From Ruditapes philippinarum (lineage: Eukaryota): 64,000 nt of DNA. Under the pieces are notes generated by a model that was given only the letters and a program-made list of their open reading frames with translations, made no database searches and was not told the DNA's origin. Position numbers and translations under genes: made by a program. Positions 1 to 64,000 of the stretch are shown in pieces; position 1 is the stretch's first letter, and the number at the start of each line of letters is the position of its first letter. The stretch spans positions 248,001 through 312,000 of the forward strand of contig NW_026860931.1 in NCBI RefSeq assembly GCF_026571515.1, written 5' to 3'.

Positions 1-437
1 TGTAGCAGGCGACACAAAAGTGTTTAATCTTAACAGTCATGTCAAAAAAATACAAAAAAAAAACAAAAAAAAAAAAACAGAAAAAAAAACAAGTACAACA
101 AAATAATCACATTATTGTCAGAAATTCACTATATAATTCTAAAGCTACAAAATGATGAGGTTTAATGGAGTGTGCCTTAGCAACTTATGTTACAGATGAT
201 GATTTTATTAAAGAACAAACTAATCATATCAAATAAGAAGCATACAAAGAACACTTCAATATAACAAGCATCTGGATGCATGATATTACAAATAATCAAA
301 ATTAAAGACATCTGGATGAAACATATTTTAAGTTACAAACTGATGGGCATCTGGATGTAATAAAAATTACAGGCATCTGGATGTAACAGATTATAAATAA
401 TCACAATTACAAGCATCTGGATGTAACAGATTATAAA

Positions 438-2108
438 ACAAGAGGGCCATGATGGCCCTAGATCGCTCACCTGAATTATCAAACTCATCCAAACAATTAC
501 CTAGACAAGCATTCTGACCAAGTCTCATGACAGGTGAGTCAAAAATGTGACCACTACAGTGTTAAACAAGGATTATCCATATTTGAGCAGTGCGACCTAG
601 TTTTTTACCCAGGTGACACATATTCAAACTTGACCTAGAAATCATCAAAACAAACTTTCAGACCAATTTCCAGGATACTTGGATCAAAATAGTAGCAACT
701 AGAGTGTTAACAAGATTTTTCTATTTTTAGCTCCGGTGACCTAGTTTCACATGCGATTTCGAAACTCATCCAAGCAATTACCTAGACAAACATCCTGACC
801 AAGTTTGATGATAATTGAGTCGAAAATGTGACCACTAGAATGTTAACAAGGTTTTTCCATATTTGGGCGGTGTGACTAGTTTTTCATCCAAGATGACCCA
901 TGTTCGATCTTGACTTAGAAATCATCAAAACAAACTTTCAGACCAATTAACAGAATATTTGGATCACAAACAGTAGCCACTAGAGTGTTAACAAGATTTT
1001 TTCTATTTTTTAGCTCCTGTGACCTAGTTTTTCATCCGAAATGTCCCATGTTCGATTTATTCCCAGCAATGACCTAGACAAGTTTCCTGACCAAGTTTGA
1101 TGACAATTGAGTCAAAAATTGTGACCACTAGAGTGTTAACAAGGTTTTTTCTATTTTTAGCTCCTGTGACCTAGTTTTTCATCCGAGATGACCCATGTTT
1201 CGAACTCATCCGAGCTATCACCTAGACAAGCATCTTGATCAAGTTTGATGATGATTGATGCAAAAATGTGACCGCTAAAGTGTTAACAAGGTTTTTCTAT
1301 TTTTAGCTCTGGTGACCTACTTTTTCATCCGAGATGACCCATGTTCGAACTCATCCAAGCTATCAACTAGATAAGCATCCTGACCAAGTTTGATGATGAT
1401 TGATGCAAAAAATGTGACCACTAGAGTGTTCACAAGGTTTTTCTATTTATAGCTCCGATGACCTAGTTTTTCATCCGAGATGACCCATATTCGAACTCAT
1501 CCGAGCTATTATCTAAAACAAGCATCCTGACAAAGTTTGATGATGATTGGGTCAAAAATGTGACCACTAGAGTGTTCACAAGGTTTTTCTATTTTTAGCT
1601 CCTGTGACCTAGTTTTTCATCAGAGATGACCCATGTTCGAACTCATCCAAGCAATTGACTAGACAAGCATTCTGACCAAGTTTGATGATGATTGGTTCAA
1701 AAATGTGACCACTAGAGTGTTCACAAGGTTTTTCTATTTATAGCTCCTGTGACCTATTTTTTCATCCGAGATGACCCATGTTCGAACTCATCCAAGCTAT
1801 CACCTAGACAAACATCCTGACCAAGTTTGATGATGATTGGGTCAAAAATGTGACCTCTAGAGTGTTCACAAGGTTTTTTCTTTTTAGCTCTTGTGACCTA
1901 GTTTTTCATCCGAGATGACCCATGTTCGAACTCATCCGAGCTTTTCAACTAGATAAGCATCCTGACCAAGTTTGATGATGATTGAGGCAAAAATGCGACC
2001 GCTAGAGTGTTCACAAGTAATTGTGGACGGCCGGACGGACGACGGACGACGGACGACGGACATTCACCGATCCTAAAAGCTCACCCTGAGCAAGCTCAGG
2101 TGAGCTAA
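438..2108. mobile_element. Non-autonomous Helentron-associated (HINE/DINE-1/pearl-like) element with ~145-bp tandem core
   Basis: One end has hairpin agggccatgatggccct plus subterminal gctcacctga; about 10 copies of a ~145-bp core; (GGAC/GACG)n microsatellite; other end has inverted agctcaccctgagc..gctcaggtgagct; sits in an A-run. Confidence 0.85.
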
Positions 2109-2153
2109 AAATCAAAATTACAAGCATCTGGATGTAACAGATTATAAATAATC

Positions 2154-3379
2154 ACAAGGAACATCGCAATGCGATGCAACCAGGTTTTCAGCAAAATATT
2201 TCACAGAAGCTTTGTCATGAAGGGGCATTTGTTTTTAATTGAACTTTTAGGAGGAATTATGGCTTTTTTAATATTCCTCAAACAAAAATGATTGAGAAAT
2301 TTTATGTTGTCTATTCGCCTTTTTTCCCCAAATATTTTAGAAAGGTAAACAGTACTTTATTTTTGCTTAATTTTTGCATTTTTGCGTCTCTTGCCATTTT
2401 CTTTTGTCAACAATATTGGCGTGTGGTGTTTTGTGCGATATCAAGAAAAGTATGTTCACAATTTTAAAAAAATACTTGAATGATGTCTTGGAAGAAACAT
2501 GGGAATTTAGTGAGCGCCAGGGCACTTGAATGACAAAGCTTCTGTGAAAGTTTGGTCAAAATCCATTGAGAAATGTAGGAGAAGTTGCGCACTGTAGAAA
2601 TTGTTCACTATATATTCTGTATAAGGAAAAAAATATACAAAGGGCCATAATTCGGTCAAATATTATCCAATCACAAAACCCCGACAATATGTGCCAGGCA
2701 CTTGATAACAAAGCTTCTAAGAAAGTTTGGTAAAAATCCGTTGAGAAATGTAGGAGGAGTTGAGCACAGAAGAAATTGTTCTCTATTTATTCTGTATAAG
2801 AAAAAATATACAAAGGGCCATAATTCGGTCAAATATTATCCAATCACAAAACCCCGACAATATGTGCCAGGCACTTGATAACAAAGCTTCTAAGAAAGTT
2901 TGGTCAAAAATCCGTTGAGAAATGTAGGAGGAGTTGCGCACAGAAGAAATTGTTCACTATATATTCTATATAAGGAAAAAAAACAAAGGGCCATAATTAG
3001 GTCAAATATATACCAATTGCAAAACCCTGGCAATATGTGACAGGGCACTTGATGACAAAGCTTCTGAGAAAGTTTGGTCAAAATCCGTTGAGAAATGTAG
3101 GAGGAGTTGTGCACAGAAGAAATTGTTCACTATATATTTTATATAAGGAAAAAAACCAAAGGGCCATAATTAGGTCAAATATTATCTAATCGCAAAACCC
3201 CGACAATATGCGCCAGGGCACTTGATGACAAAGCTTCTGTGAAAGTTTGGTCAAAATCCGTGGAGAAATGTAGGAGGAGTTGCGCACAGAAGAAATTGTT
3301 TACGCCCGCCGCCCGCCCGTCCGCCCGCCGACATACCTCAATCTAATAACCAGTTTTTTCCTTCGGAAAACCTGGTTAA
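2154..3379. mobile_element. Second HINE-type element (different family) with ~173-bp tandem core
   Basis: Terminal hairpin catcgcaatgcgatg, subterminal IR aaccaggttttc ... gaaaacctggtt, about 4.5 core copies, (CCCG)n microsatellite. Confidence 0.82.
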
Positions 3380-3947
3380 AAATTATAAGCCATCTGGATG
3401 TACCAGATTGTAGATAATCAAAGCACAAGCATCTGGATTTAGCAGTCTATAAATAATAAAAATAACAGGCATTTGGATGTTAGAAATAACAGGTATCTAG
3501 ATGTAACAATCAACATCTAGATGCATAAGATTAAAAAGATAATTACTTTGCTACTTTTTTTTTCTGACACCATTTTACAAAATTCTAACGATGATATACA
3601 TGGCCTATCAGAACTAACATCTTTTCTTCAGATAAGTTAAACATGTCATCAGTCTGTCAGTTCCCAGATAGAGAAACACACTGATATATAAGTAATATAC
3701 ACTTAATTTCTGAGTAATATACTATTATAAACACTAAATGATACCATAATAATTATCACACTGAGTCAATCATTAATGAAATCATTATAATACATGATTT
3801 CTTTATTGTTAGTATATTAGAGATAATTGTATGACCATAACAAAACTCATGTCGTTTTAGGTATCTAGTCAGCTCTTGCAGTATGCTAATTGAAGACTTG
3901 CAGCCAGATGTATTCCTTGAAATGTCACATGACCTGGTCCTTCTGCT

Positions 3948-3969
3948 GAGAGAGAGAGAGAGAGAGAGA
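3948..3969. repeat. (GA)n microsatellite in presumed 3' UTR
   Basis: About 11 GA units. Confidence 0.9.
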
Positions 3970-4257
3970 ATGAAACAGTTGGTCAGTCACATGATCCCTT
4001 CAGTTCAAGTAGCCAATCAGACTCGAGCTTTAATCTACATCTCCCTTTATTTGGCCAGATTCCATTTATTGTCTGCCATTAAATAAATTTGACTCTTAAC
4101 ATAATGATATTGGCAGCCAATCAGATTGTAGGATGATTAACTATCCACCAATCAGAAGAAGTCTTACAGCAAGTCATACATTTGGATTGACTTCAGCAGT
4201 TGTTACAGGAGTTTTGATTGGTGAAGAGATAGTACCTGACAAAGATCTCTTATCTTG

Positions 4258-55208
<50,951 letters not shown>

Positions 55209-56640
55209 CTGAAATATATAAATTAGCAATGATTATTAATGAATGGGAGGTAAATCCACCTGACTTCAAATACTATTTGCGCATTTTTCTATTAAGAGTT
55301 ATCTCCTGTGACTTTTTGAGGAATTGATACAAATGATTATTTCCACACTTTTTTCCCTTTTGGATACATTTATATACAGAATTATGGTCACACTTGACAT
55401 TTGACTGACTTCAGTATTGTTATACATGTATCACATTTCTTGTGTAATATCAGATATCTTCATGTAAGTTTCACAAATGAGGGGAGAAAAAGGCGAGATC
55501 AATATTTCAAATTCTCCTGGCCTCGTGCACCTCGGCACAACATCTTCATTATCTGTTTCAAGGGCAGATGTTTTGTGTGGTAGAACTATAAACAACTGCT
55601 CTACAGTTCAAGGTTACAAAACAATATCATATTTCAACATAAATCAAATTACCCATAGGAGAATTATTATACTTTATGATTTTTATTGACAACATTATTA
55701 CCTTGTTTTTGAGCAAGTGAACCATTGTTAAAAAAAACAAAGTAACAAAGCACATTAAAAACCTCACCGACTTTCAATTTTAGCAGTGCAGAGCATCTCT
55801 TGATACTCATTAAATTTAAGAGAAAAAAAAAGATTTCCTCCATTACGTGCAACCTTTTTCTAAAAGAGAAATTAACTTTGTTCAGAGAAAAAAAATCATT
55901 TCCAGATAATATTTTCATTTGAAAATCTATTTAAGATGTCAAAAACAAAAAAACTCTTTTATTATACAATAATACAATTCATTAAAAAAAAGCTATTTCA
56001 AAGAATGTAGATTTTGATAGGAAAAACTATGTACACCCAAAAAATTATTATTTTAGGTGGAAGTTTATAAACATGTCATAAACAAAAAGGTTTATTTACT
56101 ATATAAATAGCTCAGTAAGACAAAGAAATATTCAAGCTACTAACAAACACATGGCATATCTTTATACCGATTTGTTTATGGTTAATATCAGAAAGAACAA
56201 TTATTGGTGATAAAATTGAATCGGTATCAAATCAGAAAAATATTAATTAAATAAGGGTGGTTTACACAGCAAAATTTTAATAGAACAATATTGTATTGAT
56301 GTATTATCAAGGTTATTTGGCAACACTATTGCAGGATTTTGTAACACAATGATGTCCTTACATCAACACTGTTCAAACAAGAGCAAATAACTCTTTTGCA
56401 CCAAATATTAAGTAACTGTTCCAACTAACTTTCTTCAAGTATCTAAGAGGCATATAAAGGAGCAAGTAACTCTTTCTCATACTCTGTCCATAACTCTTGA
56501 CATAATTATAATAATTTAAATATCATATGATATGGAAATATGCTAGAAATTTACTCATTCAATGCAATAAAAAGCAAAATCATAAGTCCTGAGTAAGGAA
56601 AAATAATTTTAATTTTTAATTAAAACAGTTCAGTTTTTAA

Positions 56641-57003
56641 AGCAGCATACCTCCAGATTCATGCTAATTTTCATAAAAATTTGAAAATGTATTTAACGGT
56701 ATAATATTGTAAAGTTACCAAAAGAATGTAATTAACACATTATCAATGGCACTTACAACCTATGTAAATTACTATAAAGGGGTCAAAATAAGCAAAAATA
56801 GTCCCTACTGCGGTAGACTCTGCGTTAGTAACGCAATAGAAATATAGTTACACATACTGAAAAATTCGGTCATTAATAGCACATATATAACATGTAAATT
56901 TTTACTAGAATTTTGAATCTTTATACCTTTCCTAAAATCTTAGTACACTTTTCTCAGATTTGATTTTACTAAAATATTTTTGCTCATTTGGAGGCGTGCA
57001 GCT
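56641..57003. mobile_element. Kolobok-like MITE
   Basis: TTAA|agcagcatacctccagat ... atttggaggcgtgcagct|TTAA. Confidence 0.75.
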
Positions 57004-58536
57004 TTAAAGTACCATCAACTAGATGAAAAGTTTTGTTCCCACTCAGGTGTACTACAAATGTTTGTATATCCATAACAGCTAAAAAGGTAACTGCTGCAAT
57101 AAAATGGATACAAGCGCAAACTTCTCTCAGCACAATCATAATGAACATTTTAAATTTGACCTGCCAGCAGATAAAAGCTGCAACAAGCAGACGACCATAA
57201 GTGTCGGTTGCTTCCTGTCAATGCTATATTAAATGGTATAACATATATGACATTGCAATCAAAATTTTTTAATCTGCAACAATGGTTAAGCTACAAACAA
57301 GCTTTTTAAGAACATGTTCATTTTTAACACATACCCTGCTGGATTTTGTAAATGGACTTGTCTTGTGCTTCCAATTTGGGAAGTACCATTATTAATTTTA
57401 GGGATATCAAGATGACACTTGGGTAAAGAGTCTAGTCAGAGTATAGTCTTGATTGGTAAAATAGTAGAAACCCCACTTCAGGACTCAATCAGCCATCTTA
57501 ACAATACAGTTATGGATGACTTGATACTACTGTATTCTACAATAATGAAATGTATATCTGCTCATCACAATGACTCTCTCAAGTCTTATAAATCTGACAG
57601 ATTGTATAGTTATTACTCTTTCTACACCATTAACTTTTCTCTCCTTTTCTACAGTTCATGCATTCTGTACTTTATTTTGCAATGTGCCTTTCTTTATTAT
57701 CTAATCATCTAATACTCTTCTCCGATTTCAAACTTATCTGTTTTGCATTCAGTGCAAAACCATTCAAAATTTTGTGCATCATCTTTGTTAAAATGTACAA
57801 CAAATATAGACACACAACACCAATTTGGGTTGTGTTTGCCTGCTCTTTTCATACAGTTTATTGAAAAGATAGAATCTACAGATAATCTGTAAACAAATAC
57901 AGGATAACACAGTCAAGTTTTGTGTACTGAAAGTAGGTCATTATGACTCTAGGTCAATTACAGGTAAAATTGATAACATTTTGAGGGATTTTACTATTAA
58001 AACATCTTGAATTTTTTTTCTTTCTAATATTTGCTTGCCTCATTATCAATTATCTTCTATTATCAATTTTAAGTTAGATTATAGTTAACATGTATTAAGA
58101 TGTAACAAAACTTTAAACATACAAACTTACTGACTAAAGGACAAAACTTTAGTTTAGACACAAAGGAGTTATAATCTAAGTACAAGTAATTAATGTATTG
58201 CACACTAACAATTTTTATATCAACAAACTTCACAACATATGAAATGTCTGCAACAATGTGAAACACAAATTTTTATATTTGTAGTTGAACTGACATGATT
58301 ACATTTAAAATTACAGACTAACAAATCATATTTCTTCACAGGTTATATGATACAAACACAAATTGTTGGTAAACAAAATATAATATTTATTATAAAGTTG
58401 ATATCCTTTTATAAAATTAATATCCTTCCACAATCATTGTCTCAGAGTGGTGTTTTCTTCTTTAATTATTTGCCTTTGCTATCATCTGCTGCTATTACAC
58501 AGCTATGCTACATGTATATTAACTTTCATTACACAG

Positions 58537-59309
58537 CTCTATTTGCTTCTTAGAATCAAACAGTACCTTGATCTCCACTCCAGAAAACTCTTTTTTAATG
58601 CTTATATTTTGCCACATATTGACTACTGTTGCACTATTTGGGGAAACTGCAGTAGTGAATTACTTTCGCAAATTGTCAACTTTCAAAAAAGAGCTGCAAG
58701 AATTATTTTAGACAAAAGTTTTGATACCCCATCAAATATTCTATTTAAAGAATTAAATTGGATGTCCTTTGATCAAAGAATTATGTACAAAAAGGCAATC
58801 CTCATGTATAAATCTATAAATGAACCATCCTTTCCTATTTATATGAAAAATAAATTCCAAACAATAAATGACAAACATGACTTTAACTTAAGATCTATAC
58901 AAAATGAAAAACTAACTGTACCCAAACCAAAAACAGAATTATTTAGAAAATCATTTAATTACTCTGGTCCTGTGGTATGGAACAGCATACCAATCCATAT
59001 TCGAAATTCTGATACCATGAGGAAATTTCAATCCTCCTATATCCAGTGGCAATTTTCTAACTAATTGTTTGTATATATTGTTTCAAAAACATATACTTTC
59101 CATGATGTCACTTTTCTATGTAAGAAGAAAAAATTGTTTACTTATTTATTGTATTGATATGATGTTTAATGTACATATTTATGTTGTCTAAATGTTGATT
59201 GTGATTGTATTTTATGTTGTTTTGTATATACTGAGGCCCGCATGGAAGATCGGGAAACTGAATGTGTTAGCCTCATAAAATAAAGTCGTTACTTACTTAC
59301 TTACTTACT
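58537..59309 (+). mobile_element. 5'-truncated CR1/L2-group LINE: intact ORF2 C-terminus, 3' UTR and (TTAC)n tail
   Basis: ORF 58447..59064 contains ILPHIDYCCTIWGNC, FQKRAARIIL, LFKELNW, FRKSFNYSGPVVWNSIP; aataaa then (ttac)5 at ~59289-59309. Confidence 0.92.
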
Positions 59310-61022
59310 TTGATCTACTGCCATTTCACAACTATTCTATAATTTACTGCCATTACACAGATACACTATGATATACAGCCAATACACAGCCTTTATTCTA
59401 TAATACACTGCCATTTCACAACTATTCTATAATTTACTGCCATTACACAACTTTTTCTATGATACACTGCAATTACACAGCTACATTATAATATACTGCC
59501 ATTACACAACTATTCTATAATTTACAGCCATTACACAACTTTTTCTATGATACACTGCAATTACACAGCTACACTATAATATACTGCCATTACACAGCTA
59601 TTCTATAATTTACAGCCATTACACATCTTTTTCTATGATACACTGCAATTACACAGCTACACTATAATATACTGTCATTACACAGCTATTCTATAATTTA
59701 CAGCCATTACACATCTTTTTCTATGATACACTGCAATTACACAGCTACACTATAATATATTGCCATTACACAACTATTCTATAATTTACAGCCATTACAC
59801 ATCTTTTTCTATGATACACTGCAATTACACAGCTACACTATAATATACTGCCATTTCACAACTATTCTATAATTTACAGCCATTACACAACTTTTTCTAT
59901 GATACACTGTGTAATAATATACTGCCATTACACAGCTATTCTATAATTTACAGCCATTACACATCTTTTTCTATGATACACTGCCATTTCACAACTATTC
60001 TATAATTTACTGCCATTACACAACTTTTTCTATGATACACTGCAATTACACAGCTACACTATAATATACTGCCATTACACAACTATTCTATAATTAACAG
60101 CCATTACACAACTTTTTCTATGATACACTGCAATTACACAGCTACACTATAATATACTGCCATTACACAGCTATTCTATAATTTACAGCCATTACACATC
60201 TTTTTCTATGATACACTGCAATTACACAGCTACACTATAATATACTGCCATTACACAGCTATTCTATAATTTACAGCCATTACACATCTTTTTCTATGAT
60301 ACACTGCAATTACACAGCTTCACTATAATATACTGCCATTACACAGCTATTCTATAATTTACAGCCAATACACAGCCTTTTCTATAATACACTGCCATTT
60401 CACAACTATTCTATAATTTACTGCCATTACACAACTTTTTCTATGATACACTGCAATTACACAGCTACACTATAATATACTGCCATTACAAATCTATTCT
60501 ATAATTTACAGCCATTACACAACTTTTTCTATGATACACTGCAATTACACAGCTACACTATAATATACTGCCATTTCACAGCTATTCTATAATTTACAGC
60601 CATTACACATCTTTTTCTATGATACACTGCAATTACACAGCTACACTATAATATACTGCCATTACACAGCTATTCTATAATTTACAGCCATTACACCTCT
60701 TTTTCTATGATACACTGCAATTACACAGCTACACTATAATATACTGCCATTTCACAACTATTCTATAATTTACAGCCATTACACAACTTTTTCTATGATA
60801 CAATGCAATTACACAGCTACACTATAATATACTGCAATTACACAGCTATTCTATAATTTACAGCCATTACACAACTTTTTCCTATGATACACTGCCATTA
60901 CACAGCTACACTATAATACACTGCCATTTCACAACTATTCTATAATTTACAGCCATTACACATCTTTTTCTATGATACATTGCAATTACACAGCTACACT
61001 ATGATATACTGCCATTACACAG
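59310..61022. repeat. Satellite of 29/30/29-bp subunits forming an 88-bp higher-order repeat (~19 units)
   Basis: ctgccattacacagctattctataattta / cagccattacacatctttttctatgataca / ctgcaattacacagctacactataatata cycle in order. Confidence 0.95.
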
Positions 61023-61604
61023 TGATGACTGCCCTGTAGTACAAACAAAAGTTTTCAATTTTTTTTTTTGACAATGTAGAAATTATGGACATTCTGACAC
61101 ATGAAATAAGAAATGGCTAGAGTATTGGTCTGATAATATATTATTCTCTAGAGGGGATGGCATTTATCCAGCTAATTTCCTTACTAGCAATACATCAACT
61201 GTTTCTGAAAAATTTCTTGTCAGCTATATTAACAAATCACAGAAAAAATGTAGTGTCAACTTAATTGCTCGTAGACTTCTGCTTTTTTCTTTCCATCTTC
61301 CTTAAAGCAACAGCTACCCCACCCTGGGGTGCTCTCCACTATCTCATCCCATCCTCTCCCTAGATCGAGATATCTCGGTGCTTTGCTTCTTTTTTCTTGT
61401 TTGAATTCTGACACCCTATCACTCACAATATAGTACTGATTACAAAGTAACTAAAATGTCAATGATGATCACAGTTACCCAAGTTCTATACCTTTTCTGT
61501 CTGTCATAGCTCAGCTTACCTGTAATTTTCATTATTTCAACCATCTGCTCTTACCTTTTTTCCTTGTGTGGAGAAAAATCTCTTATTTCACCTCCACAGA
61601 ACTA

Positions 61605-62163
61605 ATACTGCCCTCACACATACCTCGCGACCTTACTGCGTCCTTACTGCGACCATGCTACGACCCAGGACGCAGCACAGTCGCCATGGACGCAGCAGGG
61701 ACGCAGCGAGGAACCCAAGGACGCACAAGGTCGCAGACCGTTGGCGATTATTTTGAACATGCACAAAACAGTCGCAGAAACTCTGCGTTCTTGCTGAGTC
61801 CTGGTTAGGTCGCAAGAACGTAGTAGGGTCGTCGTACAGTCGCAGGACAGTCGCCGGACAAACACAATAGTCGTCGTAGAGTCGCCGTAAGGACGCAGAG
61901 AACATAGCATAGTCGCAGCTGGGTCGCCTTGGGGACGCAATACAGTCGCAGTGGAAACGCCATGGACGTAGAAGGGTCGTATTGAGGACATAGAGAAAAC
62001 GTACTGAACACAAGACTGCAGAGCCCATGACCGTCTGCGAGAGAAATTTTCTGCGAGAGAAATTTGGAAATTTGAAAGAAAACCAACGATTTTCGAAAGA
62101 AAAATGCTATTTTACTAGTTTTCAGGTCGCAGTAAGGTCGTGGTTTATGTGTGAGGGCAGCAT
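61605..62163. mobile_element. GC-rich MITE with ~35-bp TIRs flanked by TA
   Basis: ta|atactgccctcacacatacctcgcgaccttactgcg ... cgcagtaaggtcgtggtttatgtgtgagggcagcat|ta; interior has many gtcgc/gacgca short repeats. Confidence 0.85.
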
Positions 62164-64000
62164 TACATAAATCATAGCTGTATTTCAGATATATTTGAAG
62201 TAACTGTTTTCATTATAAGCTTTATTTTCACCTGATTTTCCTTATCTATTATTCTGGCTTTAAAAAGCCATCATCAAAAACCTAAAGAGAGACTTTCAAT
62301 CTTAAATTATTATCATCATTATTTTATACAACAGTAAAGGTTGACAATTGTTTATTCAGAGAATCCAAGGTGAAGGACCTCCAGGCTATTAAATGTTACA
62401 TGTGCCAAACAGTCTTTTATATCATAAATATTATATCTATAAATGTTTATATCTGGAGGTTTTTAACCAACTTGCTAACGTCATAAAATGATTGATATAT
62501 GAAAGTGAAAGGGCCCCCTATCCAAGAATCTTACATGAAAGGGAGGTAACTGGAGACTCTCCTGCTGCAGAGCTTAATGATTGGCGACGCCGGTGAGCGG
62601 CGTCGTCTATTATGGAACGCTTTTTATTTTTGCCTATGGAAGGAGCTGTTATTATTAGCAGTTAATTTCATGTTGTGTAAATTAGTTTTATTTTGATTCG
62701 TAAAAATCAAGTAAACAAATGTGTTGTTATATTTGTATTTAATAACTTTATGTAAAAAGCATGTGCATTGTGATATTATTTTCACGAAATTGCGGGTTAA
62801 GTTTAACAGCTTGTCCCTTAGTTTTAATGACAATACTAAAACCCGGATTTCGAATATCGTTGTGGTCTAGATTGAGGCCGTATCATTTATACATTTTCAA
62901 AATTTTCCTACAAGAAGAAAGTTCACCTGCAATTGAGTATAAGGATAGGTAATGGAACTGTTGTAAACGATTATCCTATTGATTTTATCCTTATTACATT
63001 TATCTGTTGCGCAGAATGGTTGTTTTTACAAAGTGTACCAGTATCCGGATGTTGAAAGCTATCCGATTTTCTGCAATTACTGCTGACACATGGCCATCTA
63101 TTTTTTTATGAATACTTTACCATTAATTTGCATGGCTTGATAAAATTGAACCTGCAACATTTCATAATTTTGCTGTTTATCGTGTTCTTTTGGGTTTCAG
63201 GTTTTCTTTATTTTAAGGGGAAGTAACTTATGTTTACTAAATTATTTGTTCTTTTCTGTCTATCTTAGGTATTACTTATAATACTATTTTTGTTGTATAT
63301 AATTCACCAGTTGTAAGGTCATCAAAAGCATGTTAATGTTAATGTTAGGATTTCATATTTATTTAATATAAACTGGGAATTATTAATGTTATGTGCATGT
63401 ACATGTATATCTTAGACAGTACTATATTGATATGTTGAGACTTATAATTTTTCTGCATTTAAAGAGATACAATTATGTCATTATTATTAAAGGGATGAGA
63501 CTTTCATTTAAAGTTATAAATGATAAAACATGTATTGATTGAAAATGTCCTTAAACTTGGATCAAGCAATATAATTAATAAAGTCTCAAAAAATCATATT
63601 CTGAATAGTTATTCTATTTTTTTTCTAACATGTGCATAGTTTGAAAAGGACAGCTTCTGTCTTATCTATTTGTAATGAAGAGACACCGGTCTCAACCTCC
63701 AGGTCTCCTGAGTCAACGCGACAACAGACTGTACATAGAGTAGATTGTTACTTGCCCTTGAATAAATTTGTGCACTAAATTTATAGTGGGTGATTTGTGC
63801 CACATGAAAACCAACATAGTACAAAAAGTAACTGGGCGCTAGATGAAAACATGAAAATACAATCTACCACAAAGTGGTTTGTTTGTTGCATTTTCATGTT
63901 TTTGCCCGGTGCCCTTGATGCAAAAAATACAAATCAGCCTTCATAAAATTTCTTATGTTGGTCACAGGTTAATGAGTTCTGGTCAAGCTCAAAGTTTTTC

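Larger units (their letters stand above)
265..3525. repeat. Degenerate ~40-bp minisatellite (caagcatctggatgtaacagattataaataatcacaatt) split by the two HINE insertions
   Basis: Copies at ~265-437, 2110-2153 and 3385-3525. Confidence 0.75.

Noticed and set aside
61260-61600. Possible upstream first exon of PRKAG
   Set aside because: Donor-like sites exist, but I found no convincing open frame or similarity to the gamma2 N-terminus.
61566-62086. Cluster of ORFs on both strands
   Set aside because: They fall in a GC-rich MITE; no transposase or other recognisable motif.

Overview
AT-rich, repeat-dense animal genomic DNA. The repeat families (Helentron-associated/HINE-type elements with tandem cores, tRNA-derived SINEs, TTAA MITEs) suggest a bivalve mollusc; that assignment is inference. 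Almost the whole window is one minus-strand gene, the AMP-activated protein kinase gamma subunit (PRKAG2-like / SNF4Agamma-like). I reconstructed it by hand as 14 phase-consistent GT-AG coding exons from 55208 down to 4258 (1731 nt; about 570 aa from the ATG at 55190). It has a long Ser/Pro/Arg-rich N-terminus and four CBS domains with intact nucleotide-binding motifs. The ORF track misses most of it because the exons are short. The 26-kb intron (27931-54069) carries two additional ATG-initiated first exons, each encoding a related basic-hydrophobic peptide (MSTILKRRRKLSLRLRFNSL and MFRKKRKFGSLKLKF) that splices in frame to the shared exon. Most notable oddities: (1) a ~700-bp intronic satellite built from tandem copies of a real 3' splice site, giving a stack of decoy AG|GT acceptors directly in front of a CBS exon; (2) the paired alternative N-termini with docking/NLS-like motifs, one preceded by a MEF2/E-box/FoxO cluster; (3) a UGA-C stop followed by a protein-like in-frame extension; (4) four repeated RxRxxS motifs in the long N-terminus. 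Introns hold nested transposons, two LINE remnants and several minisatellites; all long plus-strand ORFs in the track are repeat-derived.
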